A DNA stretch of 51,900 bases, taken from Callorhinchus milii (lineage: Eukaryota). Under the pieces are notes generated by a model, which was given only the letters and a program-made list of their open reading frames with translations, was not told the origin of the DNA and made no database searches. Shown here one piece after another: positions 22,601 through 34,913 of the stretch (within the stretch, counting starts at the first letter, position 1; each line of letters opens with the position of its first letter). Both the position numbers and the translations under genes were made by a program. The stretch lies in contig NW_024705357.1 in the NCBI RefSeq assembly GCF_018977255.1, positions 1 through 51,900 on the forward strand. The letters are read 5' to 3'.

Positions 22601-24899
22601 TTGTATTTTGTTGCTCCAAGTACATCGTTCTCGGGATGGTTCAAAACCCGTTCTGGCGGACCTCATGTGACTTAACAGTGACCTCCCTGAACGATCGCGG
22701 ACAACCAGAGCTGAATTGGATCGAGAGGGTCGATGTTGTACAAGCTAAGTTTAAGCCCTAACGCATAGGGTTTTCTGTGTTCGGCAAGAAGCTTGCCTCA
22801 CAGTGCTTTCATTGACAAGCTTTGGAATGTTAAACAGAGTGCTCGAAGCACTCCTGCGATCCTGCGGCGACAGCTCAACGGAATTAGGGATACAAGATAT
22901 ATTCTGAGATAATGATTTCCATGAAGATCTGCGATGTATGCAATTCCTAGTACGTTTACAATATGTGCTGCCCAGCGATTTGAGGCGTCCCCTCGACATG
23001 ACTTGCACTGTATCATATATCAGGATTAAAAATATGATTTTGAAAGCCACCGTGTAACCATTCTGGTTTGTTGCACTCAATTGATTGTTCGATGATAAAC
23101 TTCCTACAATTAAATGAAACCCTCCTCGTCTTTACTACGCTTCGATGCTAACTAACTTGGTTTCGTGTTTGTCAGTCAGTTACACACTAACTGCTCAACA
23201 TCAAAAGCACTGTAAGGCAGAAAATGATTTACTTCACGAAGAATTTTAACAAGACACTGAATAACTCAATCAACTGTAGTGTTTAAAGAAGTTGCTGTTA
23301 ACGAATATTATTCAACGTAAATGTTTCAGCAATGAGACTTGTTAAATAATAATACAAATAGTAATCCATGCATTTGATATAGCGCTTTTCGTGGCTTCTG
23401 GAAGTCAAAGATTCACAGAATTTTCGGAAAAGTGAATTGACGGTATATTTGGATATATTTGCAGTACCCAATTAAGCAGCGCAGTAACCCACAATTCCTC
23501 AAGCACTAAAATACCGACTGTCACAGTGCACGCTAACCTTTCGACGTTTTATGGCTTGTGATAGTGATTGACTTTATTGTCGTGGATTCATTATACTGTG
23601 GTGTTTCCTCTTGTTGCGCAACAATATTCTGAGATTTCAAATCAATTCAGATTGATGTTCTGCAGATATTATGTCCTGTTTGACACGGCATACATATACG
23701 TCAAACGTTTAATCACATTATACGTAGCAGACAGTCAAAATTCTAACATCGGTACCTCTACATGACTTGGGGTACAAAATTAGGAAACGTAGATAATTGA
23801 TATAAATTACAGGCATTTCCATGCGATACGAAACAATCAGGTGGTCGACATCATTGGTCATCAGTTCAGCAGAAACTTGTGAGTAGAGAACTGAAATACA
23901 TGGTTGTAAGAACACAACCCTTTAAAATCTCTTATCATCAATTTGAATAAAGATTTGATACTTTTCTTCAGTCACCGATTAATGACTCTTTCCTCCGACT
24001 CCTAGTTAAACATTATTTCTTCCAATCCCAACATCCATGATATTATGCTGGGAGTTGTACTGCAGAGTTGAATCAACCGAGGCATTCCTTCCCCATATTC
24101 ACCGCCATTTTCGAAACTTATTTCCATGATCATTCCATTCTTAGACAGTATCCAATTCCCAATGGTCGATTGGTGGTTTGATGTAGATGACTGATGTGAG
24201 CACGCGCCTCACAAGCGAGAGAAACATTTTCGATTCAGGCAGGGTGAAATATTTGCAAGTTTCCTTGCTCCACGCGCCTCTCCTTACAATGCGGTAAAGA
24301 GGAACTCTCCTGTTAATCGACTCTCGTGTCTCTTTTCCAGTGGAAATAAATGCTACATTAAAAGAAAGTAATAAATCTGTCACTCAATACACAACTATTT
24401 GTGGGACACTGCTGTTTCCAATAGGTTGACGAGTTTTGACCAAAATACATGCAGTCAATCCACTTTACCGAACATTCTGTGAAGCGCTTGGAGACGTCGA
24501 TTAGATGTGATAAAAAGCTATGAGAAATGCAAGGATTATTAAAATTGATATTTTTTGGGAGATGTCAACATCTCCTGGAATCCTTCATCCTAAGCGATAG
24601 ATGATGTGCAAGTAGAAATTAATTATGTCCTCTTCCTCTATGTCAGAAGGCCCATGGCCTCGTTTTCTTGTTTGGTTCTTTTGACCCAGGAACAGTCCAT
24701 CCTCTTTGTTCGCATTCCTTCCCTCCGCCATTACATGCTTCCAATTTTTAGCATCATCTGCAGTCTTGGAGTCAGTATCCACATCCATGAGGAAGACATG
24801 TATATCTACTTTCCCATTTCAATTTGCGAAACAGCCACTGATATTGGCTACCGTTGCTTCCCGGACATCACGAACGATTTGGTCACCTGTGTAGGAGGG

Positions 24900-26245
24900 T
24901 CATAGAATCATAGAATCATAGAATCGTACAGCAGAGAAAGAAGCCATGCAGCCCATCGAGTTTGTGAAGGCTCTTTGAATAGAGCGATTAATGTCACTCC
25001 CACTCCCCAGCCCTTTCCCCATAACCTGCAAATCCATCCTCCTCAAATGCCTCAAAGATTCGAACAACTCGCCGCGTGAAAAAAATTCTTCTCACCTCCC
25101 CAGTGGAAACGGTTGTTCCCTTTCTAACCTATCAAATCCCTCATGGTTTTGAAGACCTCTAATAGATCTCCTCGTAACCTTCACTGCCCCAATAAGAATA
25201 ATCCTAGCCTCAATAGCCTATCCTCATAATCAAGGTCGCTCATTCCTGGTGCCATTATTATAAATCTCCTCTGCACCCTTTCCAATGACTTAACATCCTT
25301 CATAGAGTGTGGTGCCCAGAACTGGGCGCAGTATTGTAACTGAGGCCTAACCAATATTTTATATAGGTTAATCATAACCTCCTGACTCTTGCACTCTCTG
25401 CCCCTATATATAACACCTATTGTACCAAATGCCTTTGGTCGAGCTTTAGCTACCTGTCCTGCCACCTTCAAAGATTCATTTTCCTGCACCCCTAGGTCTC
25501 TCTGTTCTTTATCCCCCTCAAGATTGTATTACCCAGTCTATATTGCCTCCCCTCATTCTTTCTACCAAATGCAATACCTCGCATTTCTCCGCATTGAAAC
25601 TCATCTACCATTTTTCTGCCCATTTTACCATTCTGTCAATGTCTTCTGCAGTTGGCTCCTATCCTTCTCATTGTTTACTACCCTACCTAACTGTGTGCCG
25701 TCCGACAACTTGGAAATAGTGCTTGCTATACACACGTCCACATCATTTATGTATATTAAGAACAGCAGTGGTCCTAATACCGATCCCCGGGGGACGCCAC
25801 TGTACACTTCCCTCCAGTCAGAAAAGCAAGCGTTCACCACAACACTCTGCTTTCTGTCTCCCAGTCAGTTCTGGATCCTTGCTGCGACTGTCCCTTTTAT
25901 TCCATGGGATTCTATCTTTCTTACAAATCTTTCATGTGCACTTTGTCAAATACATTTTGAAAGTCCATATGAACTACATAAATTGCACTAGCTTTATCAA
26001 CCCTCTCCATTACCTCATCCATAATTTTTATTAGATTTGTTAGACAATATTTTCCTTTAAAAAATCGATGCTGGCTGTCCCTTATTAACCCATATTCTTC
26101 TAAGTGAATGTTTAGTCTATCCCGCGTTATAGTCTCCAGCAGTTTCCCCACTGCTGGTGTTAGACTGACTGACCAGTAGTTCCCAGGTCTTCTGCATGTC
26201 CGCTGTTCCACCATTGGTGAATACGCTTCCCACGATGCAGTCAAT
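24900..26245 (-). mobile_element. CR1 LINE RT-to-3' end fragment
   Basis: SGVPRGSVLGPLLFLIYIND, LVRPQLQYCAQFWAP, MDFQNVFDKV; octamer tail seen as (catagaat)x3 at 24901-24924. Confidence 0.92.
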
Positions 26246-27552
26246 CAGTGCCACAAACTCCCTTCATCTATTATTCCGCCTTTCTCCTTCCCTCCACTTG
26301 AACAGGTGGACCCTGAAGACATTACTAATCCACTCTGCCTTCTTTCACCACTTCACTTCCCCACCGTCTCGGCGTTGAGCTCCGCCAGTACCAAGCATTA
26401 TTATTAAAAATATTATGCATCCGCAACTAATAATTTGACTGCCAACCCACGTCGGGAGGCAAAACCAACAATGTTAAACACCTTGAGACTTCCTACAGAA
26501 GAGACAGTCTCTATATAAATATTAATCTGTATTATATGCTACACAGCCTCACATGCCAAAAAGCTCAACAGGAGAAGGTAATCCATGAACCGTCGCATTG
26601 TCGCCATTCAGCAAGAAGCCTTTCCCACCAGAGTTTGACGATGGAAAGTGTTTACTAAAGGTGACGAGTTTCAGTATCACATCCGTGATCCCACAGCAGT
26701 GTTTCCTTGATAGGTTTACGTGACCTTGTTGTCAGGCTGATAACTATGGGCGTTGGGCTACACTCAGTTATATGTTCAGTGGCTTTATCTCCACCAAGTT
26801 GAAGACAATATTGATGTGAATAAAGTTTTGGTGAGAAAGAATCAAACTAATCCTTGCATTATTTAGAGCTTCATTGAGACAACAATTACAACAACGAATT
26901 ACATTAAACATCGACTTTCACAAATCGCTTTAAAGTGAAGGATTTTGCGCTCGATCTGCAGATTAGGATGAGAGAGGGGTGGAGAGCATGGAGAGGGGAG
27001 GAGGGATAATCGCTTAAAATACGGTTTAAAACGGTGGTCTTGAAATGGATGCGAGTGAACGATATATTTTATTAGATGTTGTAGATCCTCTTCCACCTTT
27101 AAAAGCTACCATGGGATCTTTATTATCCAACTGAACATTCAAGGTTTGAATGATCAACATTAATTTGAGGGGATTATTACGTCTTGGAAAAGCGACCCAT
27201 TGATCGATTTACTCCTCGGTAAACATAAGCATGTGTGAGGAGCGATGAAACTTGCCTATGGTTTCACGAGGCTCGGGATCGAACCCGGGTCCTCTGGTTT
27301 GGGAGTCGAGGATTATTCCCACTCCGCCACAGGGCTCCGTTCAATTAGTAAAACAAAAGAAACATGATTTGTTTTACTACATTTACAAATCAAATTAAAT
27401 AAATAGTAACTGGAAGTGTAATACCTAACTCAAGCATTCGTTGTGTTCTCCGTTTATTGTTACATATAATTAAGTAAAACTTTATCTGACAAGTTGGTGT
27501 GAGGTTATTGTGGTTTCCTCTGACAGATCATCCCTATGTACAAAGTGAAGGT

Positions 27553-27591
27553 AGTTTTTGTACGAGACTTGCAGTGCAGTCTATCACTGTG
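27553..27591 (-). other. RSS-23 of V1
   Basis: CACAGTG (27591-27585) + 23 nt + ACAAAAACT (27561-27553). Confidence 0.95.
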
Positions 27592-28580
27592 GTGAGACGG
27601 AAGGCACAGTAATACACAGCGCTGTCAGACACCACCAGCTCTGAGATGGATAAACTGGTGGATGAATTGGATGTCTGTAGCTGAGCAGAGAAACGATTTC
27701 CAAACCCTGTTCCTTTTCCTTGATTATCGCCAGAATATATCCAAATTATAAACTCCGGCTGTTTGTCTGGGTAATGTCGGTACCAATAGAGATTGTAATC
27801 ACTTTCAGTTGTGGAATATGTACATTGTAAAATCGCAGTTTCTCCTTCTTTCTTAACCATCGTGGCAGCTTTCTGACTGACGGAATCAACATCACAGAGT
27901 TCTGTAATAAACATGGAGCAGCACGAACATATTATTCACTCGGTGCCTGAGTTATTTTTTGAGTGCCTTTGAACGTCCTCCCGACGAGAAATGCGCTACA
28001 CATAAGTCCTATGTTAACAACGAAATTATACTATTCAATGTATTTTATATAAAGCATTATCACATTGTTGGGAGGTCTTTATACGCTTCACAGAATTTGC
28101 TGTCGAGTTAAGTGCTGTGTACTTTGGGGGGGCGAAACACGATAGACAATTTCGCACAGCAGTGCCTAAAATAAATCAGTGCTGGAATGTATTACCAAAT
28201 AGTTATTTTTTAAAAAAGATTATTTTCCTTGGAATATAGATCAGACAAAACACTAAACACGTTTTTGAATTGAATTATTATTTGGAAGAGTTACTACCTC
28301 CGGGTTACGAAGCAAGGGGGATTCTACTTACTGCTGTTTAAACAGAGGCATGCGTGTGCTTGAGCAGAGAGGAAACAAGCTTATGTATTCATCCTGCCCG
28401 GGAAACGAATCCCTGTCATCTCACTTGCGAGGCGAGAACTCTAACCACTGAACTAAAGGTTTCCCTCCACCAGTTGTTTTTTGAAATGCAGTTGACAATC
28501 AGCATCGACATGAATGAACTCAACACCACCTCACCTGACATGAAGGTTCCCAGCACAAGACAGACAGCAAGCAGCCTCAT
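27592..28580 (-). CDS. V1: TCR alpha/delta-type V segment, apparently functional; leader 28580-28535, V exon 27901-27592
   Basis: Leader MRLLAVCLVLGTFMS+G|gtgag. Acceptor tttattacag|. V reads DSVSQ..EGETAILQC..LYWYRHYP..RFS..SDSAVYYCAF with C23, W41 and C104 intact, followed by a consensus RSS-23. Confidence 0.92.
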
Positions 28581-28649
28581 TGCTGTTCTTCAGTCTGTGT
28601 GGTTGTGTCTGTGCCATCAGTTTGCTGATAAACCGCAGTGATTGTCGGC

Positions 28650-28684
28650 ATTGGCGGAAACACAGTCTCACGTCACCTCATTGG
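28650..28684 (-). promoter_or_regulatory. V1 promoter motifs (CCAAT x2, CRE-like TGACGTGA)
   Basis: Minus strand reads CCAAT (28684-28680), TGACGTGA (28675-28668) and CCAAT (28654-28650), 70-105 nt upstream of the leader ATG. CRE-like boxes are typical of TCR V promoters. Confidence 0.5.
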
Positions 28685-29349
28685 CATCTCAGCCGCGTTT
28701 CAACGCAACAACCAATTGCTTTTATACCGCGGCTTTCACCAGTTTCCAGGTGAGGGAATCAACTCACTCAGATCCTGGTAATCCTGGAACCCAAAGCTCC
28801 AACGGGAGGGATGATAATAACCGTAATATAATAATGGTTTGCATTAGGCATGAAGTCTTAGCGGGCCTTCGATTCGCCTGAAAACGCTTCACAGCTTACA
28901 ATGTAAAGTGAATGTATTGTGGCAGCCAAATATGCACAGCAATGTCCGACCAGCTTTCGTGGATTGAGTGACCAATTTATCACCATTATTTTTTAAAAAA
29001 ATTATTAACGGAGAAAAAGCAAACAAGCAATAAGTTTCCTGCCTATTGCTGGGTAAATAGAGCTTTGTGCCTGAAGGAAATTTGACCAACATTTCGCGCT
29101 GCCGGGAATCGAACCCAAGTCATTCTCGAGCGAGACATGTGCTCTTACCACCGTTATTATAAAAACGGTTGACCATGGGATCATTGAGTTGTTCTATGCT
29201 TCCCTGTTGGCATCATTGAGTTTTTTGTGTTACAGTCTGATGAGCTGTCAATGTGATGTTCTCTTTGTATCTCTTTCTCCTCTTCCTTCCCAAAGGAAAT
29301 CGCTGCAGCGGCCAAGAGAGACAGAAGCTCAAACCCACTAAACACAGTC

Positions 29350-29388
29350 AGATCTTGTACGAGTCTCTGACTGGTTTCCATCACTGTG
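29350..29388 (-). other. RSS-23 of V2
   Basis: CACAGTG + 23 nt + ACAAGATCT (variant nonamer). Confidence 0.9.
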
Positions 29389-30245
29389 TGGTTGGAGAGC
29401 ACAGTAATACACAGCGCTGTCAGACAGCTCCAAAAGGAAGATGGTTAAACAACAGGATTTTGTCGAGGTTTGGAGCTCAACAGAGAAGCGCTTCTCAGCA
29501 AAGTCTGCTTTATATGTGTTACCATTGGAATACTTCTTAAGCATATACTGTGGTTGTCTTTCTTGTTGTTCCCGATACCAGTGTAAATAGTAGTCGCTCA
29601 GAGACGTATCATCATGACAATCAATGGTCACACTTCCTCCTTTTTTCCCAGTCACTGAAGCCACCTTCTGTGTCACAGAGTCTCCCTGGGTCAGGCCTGA
29701 AAGACAAGAGCGTGGAGTCCTGCAGCTCAGTGGTTACAGCGCTCGCCTCGCAAGAGATACGACACGGGTTCGGTTCCCGGACAAGACAGGGCACAAGCTT
29801 CGGCAAGTTTCCTTAACACACACACCAACGATTACCCAACCATAACGAGAAAACTATTAGTGAGTCAATCAGCCGATTGCTTTCCGTGAAAAATAATACC
29901 ATCAAATAGAATATAAAAGCCTTTTAAAGTGCGTTCAATAAATCCTTTATTATTCAGGGGACACTACTCAATAAAATTAGCTACCGAGTCTTCCCCACGA
30001 AATACACAGTCACTGCAATTTATCGTATATTCTTTGAAGCGCATTGAGGCTTCTCGAAAACATGCTGAAGCGCTGTATCAAACGCCATTGTAATTATTAT
30101 TTCGTTTAATAATTTGAGCAGACAAGTGAAATCGATTCAGTTAAATGATTTAAAAAAATGATTGAAAGATTTAAAATTGTTACCATGGATTACCTATTAA
30201 AATGGCAACGAGAGCCAGAAACACACTGGCTCCCTCCAACCCCAT
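29389..30245 (-). CDS. V2: TCR alpha/delta-type V segment, apparently functional; leader 30245-30194, V exon 29696-29389
   Basis: Leader MGLEGASVFLALVAILI+G|gtaatc. Acceptor ctttcag|. V reads LTQGDSVTQ..VTIDC..LHWYR..RFSVELQ..SDSAVYYCALQP. Confidence 0.9.
29713..30100 (+). mobile_element. SINE in the V2 leader-V intron, antisense to V2
   Basis: Head ggagtcctgcagctcagtggttacagcgc...gggttcggttcccgg begins ~17 nt from the V2 acceptor; degenerate core and tail follow. Confidence 0.8.
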
Positions 30246-30282
30246 CACTCACTCCACTGCTGAGCTCTTTAGTGGATAAGAT

Positions 30283-30335
30283 ATTGGTGTTGATCGGAGA
30301 TCGCTGTGACTTCACTTCCCAAACAAGTGACGTGA
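30283..30335 (-). promoter_or_regulatory. V2 promoter motifs (CCAAT, CRE-like); paralogous block at 40595-40675 upstream of V8
   Basis: gatattggtgttgatc is shared by V2 and V8. tgacgtga at 30328-30335 (V2); tgacatca 40648-40655 and tgactca 40669-40675 (V8). Confidence 0.45.
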
Positions 30336-31257
30336 ACATATTCATTTAATCTATTGAACGGCTGGTGAGGAACATACATGGATATTGTATTTGTTAACGC
30401 TCTATTTGATGTGCCACATCAAATCTAATAAATTCTGTATCTTAAATCTAAATATAGACTCACATTCATCATTATTTTACTGTGTGACACGATGCACAAT
30501 GTAGATATACAACTAATAATGCAGCAACAATAAGTTGACAAAAGTTATTTTTTCACTAAATAATTTAAACTTTTCGACATAACGATAAATAGCACTGATT
30601 TTAATAATGGTGTCAAGTTCCTGATTATTGTTAATAAGTGATAATTCCAGTTGGACAACGTATTGTTTTCCATCTGTTGAAGCATTAACCGAATTGCAAT
30701 TTCACCTTTTTTTTTATATTATTATTCCAGCATTTGATCACCTTTGAAGAACAGCAAGCGTCGCTCTTCGGCAGGACCTGGGGTCAGGGAATTCTCTCAG
30801 GTCCTGTCAAACTGCAAGCCAAAGATCTCCCAGGTTTGCTGGTCCTCGATGGACAAGCAACAGTTTAATTTAGAAGAATTTAATCAGTTTGTGGTTTTGC
30901 AGTGAAAGACATTCCCTGTTACCATCTATTTAATTCGATTTCTAAAAGATTTAGCTACATCCTAAATGTCTATATATTTTTGTCAGTTAAGCATCTTCTG
31001 TTATCTCCAGTGCTGAGTCATGTATTGCCGATCTCAATCGTTGTTTTTATAATATTATCCCTGGCATTTGGTACAGTGTATTTCATTATTTCTCTACATT
31101 AACTAATATCAACGTCTGTGCCAATTTCTGCTTGAGGTTGGAAAGTAGGCACGTGTTTTCTCTGAGCGACACAGCAGCAAAATCACTGCTTATCAAATAG
31201 GGCAACTGTCAGGAATAGCACCTGTTCTGAGACGCATCCCTTTCTCTTCTCTTTGGA

Positions 31258-31296
31258 GGTGTATGTACAGCCGTGTAATCTGATAGCAACACTGTG
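31258..31296 (-). other. RSS-23 of V3
   Basis: CACAGTG + 23 nt + ACATACACC. Confidence 0.85.
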
Positions 31297-31746
31297 AGTC
31301 TGATGGCACAATAATATGTCGCCATGTCAGATAGTGCGACGGGGAAGAGAGTTAAGCTGTATCTCTTTGTGTTCGTGTCCAGATTAGTGCTGAAACGTTG
31401 TTTTGCAAATTCAGCACTGAACGTGTCCCCACCATAATTGTGTCTCCGTGTGTACAGAGGAGGATCTCCAGGATACTGAAGGTACCAGTACATTAAGACA
31501 TCCGTGAAATCAGCAGAGTATGTGCAGCTCATATTTGCTGTCTGACCTTCACCAACAGACACTTCCATCTGTGATGGTTGAACGCTGATGGCATTTGCTA
31601 TTCCTGTATCCAGAAAAAAGCATGTTATTCACTGTCACACAAAGGCCAGAGGAAAAGCACCAAATTGTTTGAAGAGTGAGAGAAAATGACTCACACATCA
31701 GCGCCCATAGCATTGAATTGAACAGCACCAACTCTTTCCTCTCCAT
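31297..31746 (-). pseudogene. V3: TCR alpha/delta-type V with an open V exon (31603-31297) but a stop predicted at the leader-V splice junction
   Basis: V reads ISVQPSQMEVSVGEGQTANMSC..MYWYLQYPG..RFS..SDMATYYCAIR. Leader MERKELVLFNSMLWALM+T|gtgagt (31746-31695) joined to ag|GA gives TGA. Confidence 0.7.
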
Positions 31747-32629
31747 TTTCCAATGGGAAAGTAATTGATATAATGGAAGAGTTGGAGATAAAAGGTTGCG
31801 TCTTGAATTGTCCTTGAAAACCGTGATGGGAGCAATATTCAACGCAGCACTGCTGAGCAACTTCCTTGCGTCAGAAGATTGGGTTACAAGCCCCACCTCC
31901 GGATTTGAGAAGCCTGTACATTAATATGATTGTAATTCTGTGAGTGTACTGCAGTGTAGTGTCGAGTCATGTATTTGTTGGAAAGTTTGCTAGTCAAACG
32001 AAACACCAGGGTTCGATTCCCAGGCTGTCCGAAACATTAGGCAAGTTTGCTTCCTCCACACGCCTCTGTTTGCCAGGCAGTAATTAGATTGTTACCTGGT
32101 TGGCTGATTGCTTTTCTGGGGAGTAATTATTACTTGAAAAATGAATAGAAATAATAATAATTTCGTCACTCAATCCAAGCATCCTTGTGGGACACTGCTT
32201 AATGTCGGAAAAGAACAACGAGAACCATATTGCATTTGTTGAGCGCCTTTCACGACGCGAGGACGTCTTAGACAGAGTTATGTGTCCGAGCTGGGGGTCG
32301 GGTTGGGGCAGGTTGGAGGGTGGTGGGAGAACCCATGGGAGAAACAGGAGATCGATAGCACTGACGAAGAGGAGGGTGTTGTGATGGGTCTTGAAGGTGG
32401 CAGGGGATGTGGCGATGCGAGGTGAATGCGTGAAACGACATAAAGGACTTCACAGGATAGACTGTCATGTGCGGGGACTGTATTTTATGTCTGTTCTGCA
32501 TTCCGTCTTCTTTCTTATTGTCAAACATACAATACTCCAAATGTATTTGAATGTTTTCCTTTGCAGACAACACTTAACAACCTGGTACACCTGGCTTTCA
32601 TTACTTGTGGAGTCCTGTAGCTCAGTGGT

Positions 32630-32930
32630 TAGAGCACTCGCTTTGCAAGCGAGAGACCTGAGTTGAATTCCAGGCAGGGCGAAACCTTGGGCAAGTTTCC
32701 TTACTCCACACAGAGCCTAATAATAATCCCTTCAAAAAACAAAACAATAATAAATTGGTCATTTTCAATCTACGTTTGTTTGTGGGACATTGCTGTGCGC
32801 AATTGGCTGCCGCGTTCGCCCACAAATATACTGTGATTTCACTTTACAGTGTGTTCTGTGAAGCGCTTTGGGAAGTCCCCCCGACGTGAAAAGCGCTATA
32901 TCAAATGCAAGGATTATTATTATTATTATT
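32630..32930 (+). mobile_element. Full-length SINE with a tRNA-Ala(TGC)-like head
   Basis: gagtcctgtagctcagtggttagagcactcgctTTGCAAgcgagagacctgagttgaattcc, family core, tail ...aaatgcaaggattattattattatt. Confidence 0.92.
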
Positions 32931-33131
32931 AATGAACTGAAACGGTGACTTTTCCAGCTAACGCTTCCATTTATTCGCTGAATTGGTTGTGACGCATAAT
33001 GTTATGGAGCCACAGCAAACTGATTGACTTGTGGTGAATGTGGATTCCCATGAAGTTCGCTGCACGCAAAGTCTGACTCTGAACACACAGAGGGTTGATC
33101 AGACGGATAGACCAACTCACGATGCCAGGGT

Positions 33132-33545
33132 AAATATTGTACGAGCCTGTGGCTGGTTCCCATCACTGTGAGAATAGAGGGATAGACAGCACAGAGATGC
33201 ACAGTGCTGTTGGATAACAGCGGCTTAGAGATGGATAATCTGGTGACAGATTGGGAAGCGAAAAGATGAGAAGAGAATCGATTACCATTTCAATTTCCTT
33301 TCCTTTCCTGCTTATTATCTGACTGTCTTCCCAATGTATAGTCTGGTTTTTTGTCTCGGCAATGTCGGTACAATAAAGTAATAATAATAGGTCTTGCATT
33401 TGATGTAGCACTTTACACGTCTTATCTATGTATAATTTAAAAACATAATATGTATAATCTTATAGATTATAATAATATCTCTCAGTCATGGAATGGAAAC
33501 ATTCAAAAGTGACAGATTCTCATTCTTTCTTCACCATTGCGTGCA
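33132..33545 (-). pseudogene. V4: decayed V of the V1 family with RSS-23 and an AT-rich insertion
   Basis: AMVKKE*ESVTFECFHSMTERDY...LYRH...*NGNRFSSHL..LSISKPLLSNSTVHLCAV. RSS CACAGTG (33170-33164) + 23 nt + ACAATATTT (33140-33132). Confidence 0.85.
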
Positions 33546-33684
33546 GTCTACAGTGTTTTACAGTTTCGCCCTCTTGAGGTCAAAGAGTTATGCAACAACT
33601 CTGCCTTGATGTTTGATGCCATACTTGAAGTAAAGCAATGGTTGTGATAATAATGTGTTGTGGTTCCCAGTGGCTTATATCAAC

Positions 33685-33748
33685 TGAGGCTCAGAGTACA
33701 GTAACACACACCGCTGTCAGTCACTGTAAGGCCACAGATACTGAAGAC
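33685..33748 (-). pseudogene. V FR3 relic
   Basis: Minus frame FSICGLTVTDSGVCYCTLS resembles LTISxLxxxDSAVYYC; no intact RSS. Confidence 0.55.
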
Positions 33749-34874
33749 CCCCTCCCACACCCTAAATCCTCGCCCCACAATTATGTTGAGCTGTTCTGAG
33801 CCCCAAAGGGAAATTTTCAGTGTAATAGTTCACAATGTAATACAGAATTGAGCCACTGACAATTGTACAGTGTTGCATTTACGTATTGATTCGAAAGCGG
33901 TGAGTAGGAACCCGGTTGTTATTCAATCGGCGTATTGCTTTCGGTGGATCACATTTCCTCCAACATAGTAATATTTATACATTCATTGAAGCCACGACTC
34001 TTTGTGGGTCACTGCTGTGTGCAAACGGCTTTTGCGTTTCACGCACAAAAATTACAGTCAATTCAGTTCATATAATCGATGAGGCGCTATTGGACGTCTA
34101 GAAGTCATCTCGTGTCAAGCGCAAAGATTATTAATATCAAATGAGTTGACTTTGTATTTTGCAGGCCACCAATCTGGGATTGAGAGTGCACCACATTATT
34201 ATTGTTTTTAGTCATTTAAGGGTTTATTATCAAACGAAAGCGATCCACAAATCGACTAACTAACGGGTTCCTACTTCCTGCTTGGTAAACAGAGGCGAGT
34301 AGTGTAAGCATATTTGCCAAACGTTTCGGCCTGTATGGGAATCGAACACAAATCTTCTGAGCTGTGAGACCAGTGCTCTCACCAGTGCGCTGCAAAATTT
34401 CAGAAATTCATCGTATTCGCTTAGTCTTATCCCATCCACTTCCCACGCTCTTTATGGGATATATCTGTTCGCAATTTGGCTGCCGGGACCTTTAAGTCCA
34501 ATCCAAGATGTGATCAGGCGTCAAATCAAACGCAAACGATAATTACACATATGTCGGGAGACGTATCAAATAGTCTCACAAAACTTTATAAAATTCTGCG
34601 TGTCGGGGAATGGCATTTCGACTGTTTTCTAAATTCCATCTTCTTCCTTAGAGTCAAAAAACAAACAGATCAAATTGCTTTTATTGTTGTATTTGCAGCC
34701 CAGAGTGAACCAAAATAGTCTCGCCTGTTGTACTCAATTCGCTTATTATTTTAAACTCTGCGTTTACATTTCACACATTTGTGTGAATCTTCAGCAGACA
34801 GATTGACTTGTGGTGAACGCCAGACTTCCTGAAAACAGACTACTCGCCTCAGCGCCACCTCACACATCTTCGAT

Positions 34875-34913
34875 AGTTTTTGTACGAAGTTAAGACTGGT
34901 TTCCATCACTGTG
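34875..34913 (-). other. RSS-23 of V5
   Basis: CACAGTG + 23 nt + ACAAAAACT. Confidence 0.95.

Noticed and set aside
22751-23080. ORFs 22751-23080 and 22798-23016 as a DNA-transposon remnant
   Set aside because: No catalytic motif or terminal inverted repeats could be identified.
32630-32705. tRNA-Ala-like genes (also 1744, 20165, 29713, 39200, 43935)
   Set aside because: Each continues into the same SINE core and L2-like tail and lacks a complete acceptor stem, so these are SINE heads, not tRNA genes.
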